Below are positions 1 through 9,058 of a stretch of 60,898 nt of DNA, piece by piece; position 1 is the first letter of the stretch; every line of letters starts with the position of its first letter. The stretch lies in IMG/VR virus record IMGVR_UViG_3300027821_000008, positions 1 through 60,898 of that record. One strand, written 5' to 3'. The position numbers and the translations under genes are program-made. The notes beneath the pieces were generated by a model. It was not told where the DNA came from, searched no databases, and saw only the letters and a program-made list of their open reading frames with translations. The stretch is from a virus. Its lineage: Duplodnaviria; Caudoviricetes.

Positions 1-25
1 CACCCCCAAACCCTCACCTCAACAC

Positions 26-51
26 AGACTCCTTATATGGGGTCTTTTTTT
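26..51 (+). terminator. Rho-independent terminator
   Basis: AGACTCC-TTATAT-GGGGTCT hairpin followed by a T run. Confidence 0.6.
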
Positions 52-157
52 GTGTACAAATTTGGCTTAATTTGGTTATGGTGAGATGAGATAATTTGTT
101 AATTTAGACTATTTTTGGGTTTGTTGCTCCGAAGAGACATATTTGGTAAATAAACGC

Positions 158-186
158 TTGACAGACATTTGCGATGAGAGTATAAT
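158..186 (+). promoter_or_regulatory. sigma70 consensus promoter
   Basis: TTGACA-17 nt-TATAAT, perfect consensus. Confidence 0.8.
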
Positions 187-189
187 GTA

Positions 190-880
190 CTTACTCACGT
201 AAGTGAGGCTACCTGACATCCAAGCAATTACATCGGGTTTGATTGAGGGGTACCCGAGATCAATGCTCATGATTGCAATATGACCTATTGACCGAGTGTG
301 AGTGGATGATAATGATTGTTGACCAGATGAATGTGATGGGTTGAGACACACTTACGCTTCGTCGGTAAATGATTGTACTCAAGTTGATATGAGATGTGAT
401 TGAGTTGTCAGCGACCGCAACTGGGCTGCAAGCGATACAGAAGAAAGTCAAAACACTGAATGCCTTGTTAGGCTCCCTGCGGTCGCTATATAGTGTATGC
501 AAGTTTGCAAATGACATCAATTGTCAATTAAGCGTGAGTGGGTTTGTCAATGATCTGGGCGAGCGCGATCACCGAGCAACATGTTACCCAATCCCCAAAC
601 CCAACAGACTTATCCAAGGCTCGCTGCGCTCGCCCACATATACACAACAAAATCAAATAGGAGGCCTTCAGAGGCCCTACAGAGCGATATTAATTGCAGC
701 CCCATACTACCCCATACCCAATAATTTAAACCCCTCTATGACCCTGTGAGAGGCCATAGGGAGGGTGTATGGATTCCCTCAAGAACCCTGGAAGAATGCA
801 TAGGAGGATGGGGGGGGGCACCTCCAATTAGCTCGAGATTATCTGCAGATTTTCCAATTCACGATTTTGGTCACAGCGCC
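190..880. other. Non-coding structured control region (origin, packaging site or ncRNA candidate)
   Basis: No credible ORF. Complementary pairs AGCGACCGCA (410)/TGCGGTCGCT (478) and TGGGCGAGCGC (556)/GCGCTCGCCCA (626), GA/GNA hairpins, and a G9 run at 810-818. Confidence 0.45.
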
Positions 881-892
881 ATAAAATAGCAC

Positions 893-920
893 TTGACATT
901 TGATTTTGTCCTGCTACAAT
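893..920 (+). promoter_or_regulatory. early sigma70 promoter
   Basis: TTGACA-16 nt-TACAAT with TGn extended -10. Confidence 0.65.
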
Positions 921-952
921 ACAGTTAAGAAATAAGCGAACCGGAGAATATC

Positions 953-1126
953 ATGACCATCCGCACAAACCTCAACGATTTCAAAGAATTGAAAATTGTC
1001 AATGTGTGGCCCACCAGCGATCGGCCTGAAATTGAAATGAGAATGACGGCATGGTTCGTTCCGGTCGTAGAGGTATATGTGAATGTCCATCCAGTGAATT
1101 GGGCGAAATCGATCCCCGTGATGTAA
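953..1126 (+). CDS. small early hypothetical protein (57 aa)
   Basis: Read directly: GGAG RBS, MTIRTNLNDFKELK...IPVM*; below the ORF-track cutoff. Confidence 0.6.
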   Translation: MTIRTNLNDFKELKIVNVWPTSDRPEIEMRMTAWFVPVVEVYVNVHPVNWAKSIPVM

Positions 1127-1488
1127 TAGGAGCGCAAAATGACCGCAAGACTAGTTGAGATTGGGTTGGTAATGGGAGTAATTGTTATCCCCGTGATAGT
1201 GGGTGTTTTGGCACACAGAAAACTGGTAAAGTGAATAAGCTAAAGTTATTGTTGGTGATTGGGTTTGTCGTCCACACATTGTTCGATGTGGTGGCGTATG
1301 GGCATTTGTTGATTGATATTGTTAGGGGTTTGTTGTGAGATTAATACAGAAGATTAGACGCCATCGTGTTGCCGTGGTTGGGGCGGGCGCTGCTTTGGTC
1401 GCTTCATTTGTGTTTCCGCAAGATACAGAGATTCGGGCTATCATTGTGGTTGTCCTTGTTGCGATTGCGATATATTGGGATTAATGAT

Positions 1489-2025
1489 ATGAAGGCTAAC
1501 TTCGAGACGGGACTCAAGATATGCTCCAAGTGTAGGGCAGAGAAGGGGATGGATGGGTTTTATAAGAATAAGTCGACTGCGGATGGGCTAAACTGGCATT
1601 GCAAGCAATGCACTAACGCGGAAAGCTCCATGTGGTATTATAAAAACAAATATAAAAGAGACGCATCAAAAAAAGCTTGGGTGCAAAATAACAAAGATAA
1701 GGTATCCGCAAACAGGCGGCGCAGCAATGAAAAATATGCTGGCGCGCCCTTCGTCGTGTATTGCCACGAAGACAAATTCGGCAGTGTTGTATATATAGGC
1801 AACGGATCGGCCGGCAGAGAAAGGGAAATGAGCGGGTCGCCCGGCAATAGAAGAAATAATTACGCAAATAGAAATTTATTGTGGCGCCTGTATTTTGCTG
1901 AATACAACCCCACTGTACATATCATCGGTCGCTACAACAACAAAAAAGACGCTGAGCTTATCGAATTATTGCTTTTGAGACATCTAGAACAACAGGGAAG
2001 ATACCCGCTATTAAATATAGCCTGA
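1489..2025 (+). CDS. Zn-finger plus GIY-YIG-like homing endonuclease
   Basis: CSKC...CKQC N-terminus and VVYCHEDKFGSVVYIGNG GIY-YIG-like motif. Confidence 0.65.
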   Translation: MKANFETGLKICSKCRAEKGMDGFYKNKSTADGLNWHCKQCTNAESSMWYYKNKYKRDASKKAWVQNNKDKVSANRRRSNEKYAGAPFVVYCHEDKFGSVVYIGNGSAGREREMSGSPGNRRNNYANRNLLWRLYFAEYNPTVHIIGRYNNKKDAELIELLLLRHLEQQGRYPLLNIA

Positions 2026-2219
2026 CGATAGTTTTATTTTCCAAAATATCTCTTGACCGGCCCATATTCTGTGCTATTATGAAGGTAAGAAGAGAACAAA
2101 AAGAAGAAACCGAAGAAAAAGAAGCCGCCCCACCGCACAGTAGCGACGGAGAGAGTCTCAGGAAGACCGGGCCAGCAACAAAGAGAGCAGCAGAGGATAA
2201 CCGGACAGGAGCAGAGATC

Positions 2220-2693
2220 ATGGCAAAGAGATTAACTACCACAGCAAAGGTTGGCAAGCTGATTAGCCTAGCCCCATGCCCCGTCTACTCCAATACCGAA
2301 GATCATGGCAACTGGTATGCAGTGGATATGGACTTTGTGGCAATCGACGAAAGAGCAAGCTTCAGGGCGCCAATGACATTTCGCAAAATAGCTCACGAGC
2401 TGGTTCACTCCACTGGAGCAGAAAGCAGATTGAATAGGAAAATGAGCGCAGAATTCGCAGATGCAGAATATAGCCTGGAAGAGTGTGTGGCTGAGGTAGG
2501 CGCGATGATTTTGATGAATCGATTCGGCGTCGACGCACCCAGCGTCATCAAAGAAAGCGAAAGATATCTGGCAGGCTGGATGGCGCACGCAGCAAAAATA
2601 AACAACATGAAAGATGAAGATGTGGTTAGATTTGCGATGGACAAAGCCAAAGAAGCAGTGGAATACCTGTTTGATAACGTTAAAGGTGAATGA
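2220..2693 (+). CDS. ArdC-like zincin metallopeptidase domain (stand-alone)
   Basis: HELVHSTG..SRLNR, YSLEECVAE and YLAGW match the ArdC C-terminal metallopeptidase pattern; GGAG RBS. Confidence 0.7.
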   Translation: MAKRLTTTAKVGKLISLAPCPVYSNTEDHGNWYAVDMDFVAIDERASFRAPMTFRKIAHELVHSTGAESRLNRKMSAEFADAEYSLEECVAEVGAMILMNRFGVDAPSVIKESERYLAGWMAHAAKINNMKDEDVVRFAMDKAKEAVEYLFDNVKGE

Positions 2694-2694
2694 A

Positions 2695-2841
2695 ATGTCT
2701 CTCGGAAAATTGTTGCTGACCATCCTATTGGTCGTCATGGCCCTGCCAATTATTGGCGCCGTAGCAGCCACCTTCTGGTTTATGTGGCCCGTCACCATAC
2801 CGCTTGCGGCCTTCTACCTGATTTATCGCAGCATAAAGTGA
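2695..2841 (+). CDS. small membrane protein
   Basis: Hydrophobic 48 aa ORF directly after the previous stop. Confidence 0.5.
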   Translation: MSLGKLLLTILLVVMALPIIGAVAATFWFMWPVTIPLAAFYLIYRSIK

Positions 2842-2910
2842 TAGCCCAATAAGCATGGCAGTATCAATTGAGTTGTTTGTCGCAGCAAGGACAATTTCCG
2901 TGGAGGTAAA

Positions 2911-3099
2911 ATGATAACAGAAGAAGAGCGATCAGTAATGACGCAGATCAAAGACCGGCTTATAGCAATACCGGAGGCGTCAAGAACGGTCTCCAGCGAG
3001 CTTGTTTTGCAAGCAATTTGCACAGCGCTTCACAACGCCGATATATTTTTCGATTCCGAGTTCGGCGACTTTATTGACGAAATAACTAAGGATAGATAA
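2911..3099 (+). CDS. hypothetical protein
   Basis: GGAGG RBS; tandem early gene array. Confidence 0.65.
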   Translation: MITEEERSVMTQIKDRLIAIPEASRTVSSELVLQAICTALHNADIFFDSEFGDFIDEITKDR

Positions 3100-3101
3100 T
3101 T

Positions 3102-3470
3102 ATGACTGCATTAACGGAACTTACAGAAGAGGTTATTGCGGGTTTGTCCGACATCGCTCTGCACACAGATGGCGCTCTTGGCATGCTTGCTACATCGCTT
3201 GCCGATGATTTATACGGGTTGCTTCTGCATGTCGAACAGAACTTTGACAGCACAGGATTTTTGTATTTTGACCCAATGGCAGGCGAGTCTTCCGCATTCC
3301 TGGCAATAGAAAATAACAGCGCGCTGTCCTTATTCGCCCACAAATTTGGCATTGCTACCAGGGTGGCAACTATGTATCAAAACGAGACTCTGTACTATCT
3401 GGCGCACGCAGCAAGGAAGGAAATTGCGCGCAGAGTTGATGAGGCATTCCAAAATCATGTTGGCGGATGA
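3102..3470 (+). CDS. hypothetical protein
   Basis: Tightly packed ORF in the early array. Confidence 0.65.
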   Translation: MTALTELTEEVIAGLSDIALHTDGALGMLATSLADDLYGLLLHVEQNFDSTGFLYFDPMAGESSAFLAIENNSALSLFAHKFGIATRVATMYQNETLYYLAHAARKEIARRVDEAFQNHVGG

Positions 3471-3474
3471 TATC

Positions 3475-3681
3475 ATGAATCACTATATCATATCAATGAA
3501 CAATGAATCTGGCGAGACTGTATTCAGCGTTACAACAAAAGCACAGGACCCACTTGTCGCCATGGATGTGGGGATACGCATGATGCGAGATGCGGGCGCG
3601 GACGCATCCCAAACCCACCTCATAAAAGTTCACAGAGTCAATCCAGTTAATGCATACGTTTTCCCTGACTGGTACGAGTGA
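3475..3681 (+). CDS. hypothetical protein
   Basis: Packed ORF; resembles 4162..4413. Confidence 0.55.
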   Translation: MNHYIISMNNESGETVFSVTTKAQDPLVAMDVGIRMMRDAGADASQTHLIKVHRVNPVNAYVFPDWYE

Positions 3682-3772
3682 CTGTTACAATATATTACAA
3701 TTTAATTGTGGAACTATGTGGGTTTGTGTGACATCATACACTCATGGACGCACAACTTAAGAGGCAAGCAAA

Positions 3773-3961
3773 ATGTTGATGACTTTGATATTCCTACTTG
3801 TAAATGGCACGGATGTATCGATTGCAGAGGTTAAGCGCTTCGAAAGTGCAGTCGCATGCACTGCGGCAGCAGACAAATATCAACAAGAGCTTGCTAAGAT
3901 TGGCAAACCCGGATCGTTTGAGTGTCAAATCAGCGAAGCACCAAAAACCACCACAAAGTAA
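3773..3961 (+). CDS. small exported Cys-pair protein
   Basis: Hydrophobic N-terminus, two Cys, GAGG RBS. Confidence 0.6.
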   Translation: MLMTLIFLLVNGTDVSIAEVKRFESAVACTAAADKYQQELAKIGKPGSFECQISEAPKTTTK

Positions 3962-3973
3962 TTGGAGAATATC

Positions 3974-4150
3974 ATGCTTGAGTTCATTGTTGTTCTGTTT
4001 CTTATGACAGGTAATGGAATTCAAACCACACAGACTGCATTTGTAGACGCTGGGTCGTGCCTTGAAAATGCAACGCTTCAAAATATCAACATGGGTCACG
4101 ATGGAGTTAAAGGCTCTGCAATTTGCATAGTAAGGTCTGCTTCCGCCTAA
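3974..4150 (+). CDS. small exported Cys-pair protein
   Basis: GGAG RBS; same architecture as 3773..3961. Confidence 0.6.
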   Translation: MLEFIVVLFLMTGNGIQTTQTAFVDAGSCLENATLQNINMGHDGVKGSAICIVRSASA

Positions 4151-4161
4151 ATTACAAAGCC

Positions 4162-4413
4162 ATGACAATGTACAACTATACAGAATGGAGAGTTGCGCTT
4201 AGAGACAGAGGCGATAATATCGTGTTTGAAGGCCAATACAAGGCCTACAGCTCGTTTTACGCAATTCAGGCGGTGGTAGAGCGCGCCGTTAATAGCGGAG
4301 CCAATATGAGCGCCGTGCGCTCGATCACAACCCATTATAGCGGACCAATGAGCATTGAGCCAGAACAACAAACCCAAGTTTCACCACACATATTTGAAAA
4401 GCCATACTATTGA
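4162..4413 (+). CDS. hypothetical protein
   Basis: Packed ORF in the early array. Confidence 0.55.
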   Translation: MTMYNYTEWRVALRDRGDNIVFEGQYKAYSSFYAIQAVVERAVNSGANMSAVRSITTHYSGPMSIEPEQQTQVSPHIFEKPYY

Positions 4414-4691
4414 TCATGAAATTTCTTAATGATGTCAGGTTTATTGTGGGTTTATTCATATTCGCCATTACCGTGTCTACGGTAATCACATTTCCGTTAT
4501 TTTTATTGGCTGCAAATCATGTATAAATTATCTGATCGAGAAAAGGTGTTGGGTTTGTTGGAGAGATTGCAATTTGTCGACACTTATGTTGATGACATGT
4601 CGATTGGGTTTGCCATAGACGCCCTCATAAGCGCTGTAGTTTCTGCTGAGCTTGCATACAGGCTTGACAAAGAAAATGACAGGAGGGCGCC

Positions 4692-5084
4692 ATGATGCTT
4701 GAGCATGAAGTATATTTTGCGTCTCTGCGGTCTCTGGCTGTAGAGTTCGCCTCAAATACCACAAACCCACGCGCAGCAACATCTGAAATTATCGAGAGGG
4801 TTGATCTTTGCCGCTCTGCATCTGACAGCCTTGTTGAGTTCCTTGATGGGCCAGTAGATCGCATTAGCCTGAACAGGCGTATGGACTTCATGGATGTGAT
4901 AAGCATACTGTCAGACCATCCGTCATACATGGCCGTCTATGATGAATTCTGTCAGCTTCTGCTTTGCATTGAGGATTATGATGGCGATGACTATGAGCTG
5001 ATTCAGGCCGCCAGCACGGCGTATAAGTTCGTTGCCGGCAAGGTTATTTTGAAGGTTCTGGATATGGGCTTCATTCAGGAGTAG
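4692..5084 (+). CDS. hypothetical protein
   Basis: AGGAGG RBS, 130 aa. Confidence 0.65.
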   Translation: MMLEHEVYFASLRSLAVEFASNTTNPRAATSEIIERVDLCRSASDSLVEFLDGPVDRISLNRRMDFMDVISILSDHPSYMAVYDEFCQLLLCIEDYDGDDYELIQAASTAYKFVAGKVILKVLDMGFIQE

Positions 5085-5091
5085 CAAGCAA

Positions 5092-5448
5092 ATGCTTTAT
5101 TTATATTTAGCACTCAGCACGTTCGCAATCAATATTCTTGCCGTATTTCAGATATATATTATCAAGGGAAATAGGGTTTGGCTTGTTGCGATCAACTCCG
5201 CGATGCTGAACCTTGCATATCTCCTATCAATAAAAATATCGGTGTCTGGCGGGTATCTGGCTGGGGCATTTTATATTGCCGGAGGTGTTGCGGGCTGCAT
5301 TTTGTCAATGAAAATATCACAGGCCCTGTCGGCAAAAACCAATAAAAAAGACAGACAAACCCAAACAATAAATGACATAAAAAAACCCAATAAAACAATC
5401 ATACAAAATGATCACAAGGATTCATATTTGTCAACTGATACATGGTGA
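5092..5448 (+). CDS. membrane protein
   Basis: Three hydrophobic segments; AGGAG RBS. Confidence 0.6.
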   Translation: MLYLYLALSTFAINILAVFQIYIIKGNRVWLVAINSAMLNLAYLLSIKISVSGGYLAGAFYIAGGVAGCILSMKISQALSAKTNKKDRQTQTINDIKKPNKTIIQNDHKDSYLSTDTW

Positions 5449-5534
5449 TATAATTGAGAATTATTGTTAATTGGCGATGGGTTTGATGTTTTGGGTTGTG
5501 TTATTGACTGATGTTGTGAATATTCGATATAGTG

Positions 5535-5579
5535 AACCTCCGCCCACCACTACACCCAAAATTTTATGGGTTTGGGGGG
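5535..5579. repeat. 45 bp inverted repeat, copy 1
   Basis: Exact reverse complement of 60854..60898. Confidence 0.95.
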
Positions 5580-5581
5580 GG

Positions 5582-5611
5582 TTGACAGAAGACAAAATGG
5601 TAGTGTATAAT
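5582..5611 (+). promoter_or_regulatory. sigma70 promoter for the replication operon
   Basis: TTGACA-18 nt-TATAAT upstream of dnaB. Confidence 0.65.
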
Positions 5612-5643
5612 GCCATTACGCAAAATATTATGGAATTTTTAAT

Positions 5644-6984
5644 ATGACACAAGACCAATTTAATTCAGCTGGAACCGCCGAAAAAAGCGTGATTGCAGCA
5701 GTGCTTGCGGACAACGATAATATCGACAAGCTATCTCGCGTTCAACCCAAGCATTTTATCGACCCTATAAATCGCGCAGTGTACGCAGAAATTATTAGAC
5801 AGATAACGGTAAATGGTCAATGCGATCACGTATCCATAAAAGACCGCCTTGGCGCAACAATACCACCCGAATATTTGCCAGAAGTTCTTGCGCTATCGGA
5901 CAAGGCGCACGCAGTTAATCAATACGCTCGAATCGTGCTTGATCGATTTGTTAAATTCAACCTTGCAAATATATGCGACAAATCTCTCGATGTAATTAGG
6001 TCTGGTCGCGAAGATGGTCTTTCAATTGCTGACAGAATTGTAGGCGAGATAGAGTTCATTTCTGCCAATGACAATAATGCCGGGGCATCCAAGGTGTCGT
6101 CTGAGCTTGAGTCTCATATACACAATCTGAGAGAGGCTACGATAGACGACAAAGAGGCCGCGCAGACAACTGGCTTTTCTGAGCTTGATTCAAGATTGGC
6201 TGGTGGGTTTAGGCCGGGCCAGTTGATTATTCTTGCGGCAAGACCAAAGATGGGCAAATCTGCGCTTGCGTTGTCGCTTGCCCTGAATATAGCCAAAGAC
6301 AAGCCAGTAGCTATGTTTAGTCTAGAGATGACTAAACAAGAGATCATAAATAGGGCGCTATCATCTGTTGGCAGCGTAGAGCTAGCCAAAATTCTTCAGC
6401 CGAAGAAAATGAGCGAAACTGACTGGTCTGGACTAAGCGCTGCGCAGTCGTCGCTTTCTAAGTCCAATTTGTTTATTGATGATCACGCCGGCATCGGTAT
6501 TATGGATATCCGCGCAGAGGCAAGAAAGATCAAGCGAACGCAGGGCCTTGGCATGATTGTAATTGATTATTTGCAATTATGTAGGATGGGTGCAGGCGAT
6601 ACCGAGACAGAAAGAATTACTCAATTTACGATTGGGCTTAAGAACTTGGCAAAGGAGCTGCAAGTCCCGATTTTGTGTCTCAGCCAGTTGAATCGCGGAG
6701 TTGAGTCTCGTGCAGATAAGCGCCCAATGCCGTCAGACCTTCGCTCATCTGGATCAATTGAGCAGGATGCAGACATTGTTATGCTTATGTACAGGGATGT
6801 TGTGTATGACCAATACACCAATCACCCGGACCTTACAGAGCTTAACGTTGCCCTGAGCCGATCTGGCGAGCCTGGTGTTGTTGGGTTGAATTTCGTGTCA
6901 AAATATACAAGGTTTGAGGATTATATTGGTCTTATTCCAAAATCAACAAAGAAATCTGTTGACAATAATTCCAATTCATGGTAA
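5644..6984 (+). CDS. dnaB: replicative DNA helicase
   Basis: AARPKMGKS Walker A, IDYLQL, LSQLNR and DLRSSGSIEQDAD motifs. Confidence 0.95.
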   Translation: MTQDQFNSAGTAEKSVIAAVLADNDNIDKLSRVQPKHFIDPINRAVYAEIIRQITVNGQCDHVSIKDRLGATIPPEYLPEVLALSDKAHAVNQYARIVLDRFVKFNLANICDKSLDVIRSGREDGLSIADRIVGEIEFISANDNNAGASKVSSELESHIHNLREATIDDKEAAQTTGFSELDSRLAGGFRPGQLIILAARPKMGKSALALSLALNIAKDKPVAMFSLEMTKQEIINRALSSVGSVELAKILQPKKMSETDWSGLSAAQSSLSKSNLFIDDHAGIGIMDIRAEARKIKRTQGLGMIVIDYLQLCRMGAGDTETERITQFTIGLKNLAKELQVPILCLSQLNRGVESRADKRPMPSDLRSSGSIEQDADIVMLMYRDVVYDQYTNHPDLTELNVALSRSGEPGVVGLNFVSKYTRFEDYIGLIPKSTKKSVDNNSNSW

Positions 6985-7175
6985 AATTTGATATTGACGA
7001 TATTTTATGTGAGATTATCATGATACCAGAAGATGAGACCCTAGTTGTCATATCCAGAATGGCAGATGATGCCCTTTTGAATGTAAGGGTGAATATTCCA
7101 GACACAACAATGGCTCTTGAGTATTTAATTGGTGTCGTTCGTGATATATACGATGTTGCTCGAGACTGCCTATAA
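6978..7175 (+). CDS. hypothetical protein
   Basis: Overlaps the dnaB stop, 65 aa. Confidence 0.5.
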   Translation: MVKFDIDDILCEIIMIPEDETLVVISRMADDALLNVRVNIPDTTMALEYLIGVVRDIYDVARDCL

Positions 7176-7208
7176 AGGGTAGGCGAGTATATATTATATG
7201 GCGTTTAT

Positions 7209-7703
7209 ATGAGAGTGTTCGATGAAAGTGAGGATGATTCAGTGAGCTATGCCGACTGGTATGTGCGGGCATGTAGAGGGTCATCGATGAGGGATGACGC
7301 CGACGGCATGTCTGGCGCAGATGCATTAAAGCTGATGGCCTGGACTCGAGGAATCGGCTCTACTTTATTCAGGGCAAAGTATTTGCTTGATGCGGCAGAG
7401 GTTCGCAAGCTAGAAGAGCATCTAGCGGAATTTCTGTCAAGACGAAGACCAAAGCTTAGCCACGCACAAGTTTCGTCAAGCGTACGCGAGGCAGTTATAG
7501 ATAATTTCGCAGACTTTTGCATGTCATGCAACGGTACGGGGTGGATTTACAAGGGTGACGGAGAAGAGAGAGACGCGTGCGGCAACTGCGGCGGTTACGG
7601 CGTTAGAGATGTGTCTGGAATGTCTGATCCGGCCAAGCTGGTATTTAACTACATGATGGAAATCGAGAGAGAAACATCCAAACAAGCAATGAGGAGGCTT
7701 TAA
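7209..7703 (+). CDS. antitermination protein Q-like, Zn finger
   Basis: CMSCNGTG...CGNCGGYG zinc finger in a helical protein of Q-like size. Confidence 0.5.
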   Translation: MRVFDESEDDSVSYADWYVRACRGSSMRDDADGMSGADALKLMAWTRGIGSTLFRAKYLLDAAEVRKLEEHLAEFLSRRRPKLSHAQVSSSVREAVIDNFADFCMSCNGTGWIYKGDGEERDACGNCGGYGVRDVSGMSDPAKLVFNYMMEIERETSKQAMRRL

Positions 7704-7704
7704 T

Positions 7705-8346
7705 ATGGCAGCAGTAACCTTTATCATCGGCGAGTCGGGCACAGGCAAATCCAGGTCCCTGAAGTCGCTTGATCCCAAAAACACGCTTCTGATCCAGGCC
7801 ATTCCAAAGCCGCTCCCGTTTCAGACCGGAGAATGGAAGAGGCTGAACAAGGATAATCCGACCGGCAATGTGCTTGTAAGTGACAATGCCCAACAAATCG
7901 TGAAATGGCTGAGCCAGACAAAGCGAGACATCATTGTTATTGATGATCTACAATTTGTCATGGCTAATGAGTTTATGAGGAGGAGCGGGGAGGTTGGGTT
8001 CCAGAAATTCAATGAGCTGGCACGCAACCTGTTCGATATTATGCAGGCCTGTGTCAATTTGCCAGAAAACAAGCGAGTGTATCTTTTATCCCACAGTGAA
8101 GTAGATGAGGATGGTCGGATTCGTGCCAAGACGCTTGGCAAGATGATCAATAATGTACTCACCTTAGAGGCGCTCGTCACAATCGTCCTCCGCACAGAAG
8201 TTGTAAATGGAAATTACCAATTTAGAACCCAAAATAATGGGCACGACACGGTCAAATCGCCCGAGGGACTCTTTTCAGGGGAGTCAGTAGACAATGACCT
8301 TTCAGCAGTAGATGCAGCAATCAAGGCTTACTATCAAATTACCTAA
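7705..8346 (+). CDS. Sak4-like AAA recombination ATPase
   Basis: IGESGTGKS Walker A and IVIDD Walker B; directly upstream of an SSB-like gene. Confidence 0.8.
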   Translation: MAAVTFIIGESGTGKSRSLKSLDPKNTLLIQAIPKPLPFQTGEWKRLNKDNPTGNVLVSDNAQQIVKWLSQTKRDIIVIDDLQFVMANEFMRRSGEVGFQKFNELARNLFDIMQACVNLPENKRVYLLSHSEVDEDGRIRAKTLGKMINNVLTLEALVTIVLRTEVVNGNYQFRTQNNGHDTVKSPEGLFSGESVDNDLSAVDAAIKAYYQIT

Positions 8347-8359
8347 AGGAAACCACACC

Positions 8360-9007
8360 ATGTACTCCCTAAATACAGAATTGGCTCGCGCCGCATCTTC
8401 GCTGCCCAAGTTTAGCCGCTTCATCGACGCATCTGGCAAATACTTCGGTCAAATTCAATACGCCAGGCAGATCGTGTCAAGCTTGAAGAAGACAGAGGGC
8501 ATAGAAATTATGTTCGTCTCGGATTCCGGAGAGAAAGCACGTCACACTATTTGGACCCGCAAGGCAGATGGCACATCGTTGCAGGGTGAGGGCTTGATCA
8601 TGGCTCTGATGACCGTCCTGCGTGTGCGCAACATGAAGCCGGCCAAGGGCACCATCGTGACCTATGACTACGATGCCAAGCAAGAAGTGGAAAAAACTGT
8701 GGACCTGTTTCCGGAGCTGGCAAACAAGAAATTGCATGTTGGTATCCGTATGGCAGAATACGTCAAACAAAATGGAGGTATTGGGCAGAGTGCGGAACTC
8801 ACATTTTTTGCCGATGAGCATGGCTTCACCGCAGAAGAAATCCTGGACAAGGCCAAGGCTCCTGTCGCATTTGAGCAACAAGTAGCCCATCTGACCACAA
8901 AGAAATTGAAGGGTCATGCAGCTGAAACTCAGGTAGCAGAAGCATCGGTAACCTTTGCGCCAACAGTCGGCACATCGGATGTTGACCTGTCAGATATACC
9001 ATTTTGA
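8360..9007 (+). CDS. single-stranded DNA-binding-like protein
   Basis: Acidic C-terminal DLSDIPF tail; follows Sak4; AAGGA RBS. Confidence 0.65.
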   Translation: MYSLNTELARAASSLPKFSRFIDASGKYFGQIQYARQIVSSLKKTEGIEIMFVSDSGEKARHTIWTRKADGTSLQGEGLIMALMTVLRVRNMKPAKGTIVTYDYDAKQEVEKTVDLFPELANKKLHVGIRMAEYVKQNGGIGQSAELTFFADEHGFTAEEILDKAKAPVAFEQQVAHLTTKKLKGHAAETQVAEASVTFAPTVGTSDVDLSDIPF

Positions 9008-9027
9008 AGCTAAAATAAATTGAATGG

Positions 9028-9058
9028 AGACCCATCGGACGCGGTGGGTTCTTTTTTT
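9028..9058 (+). terminator. Rho-independent terminator
   Basis: GACCCATC...GGTGGGTT stem followed by a T run. Confidence 0.6.
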
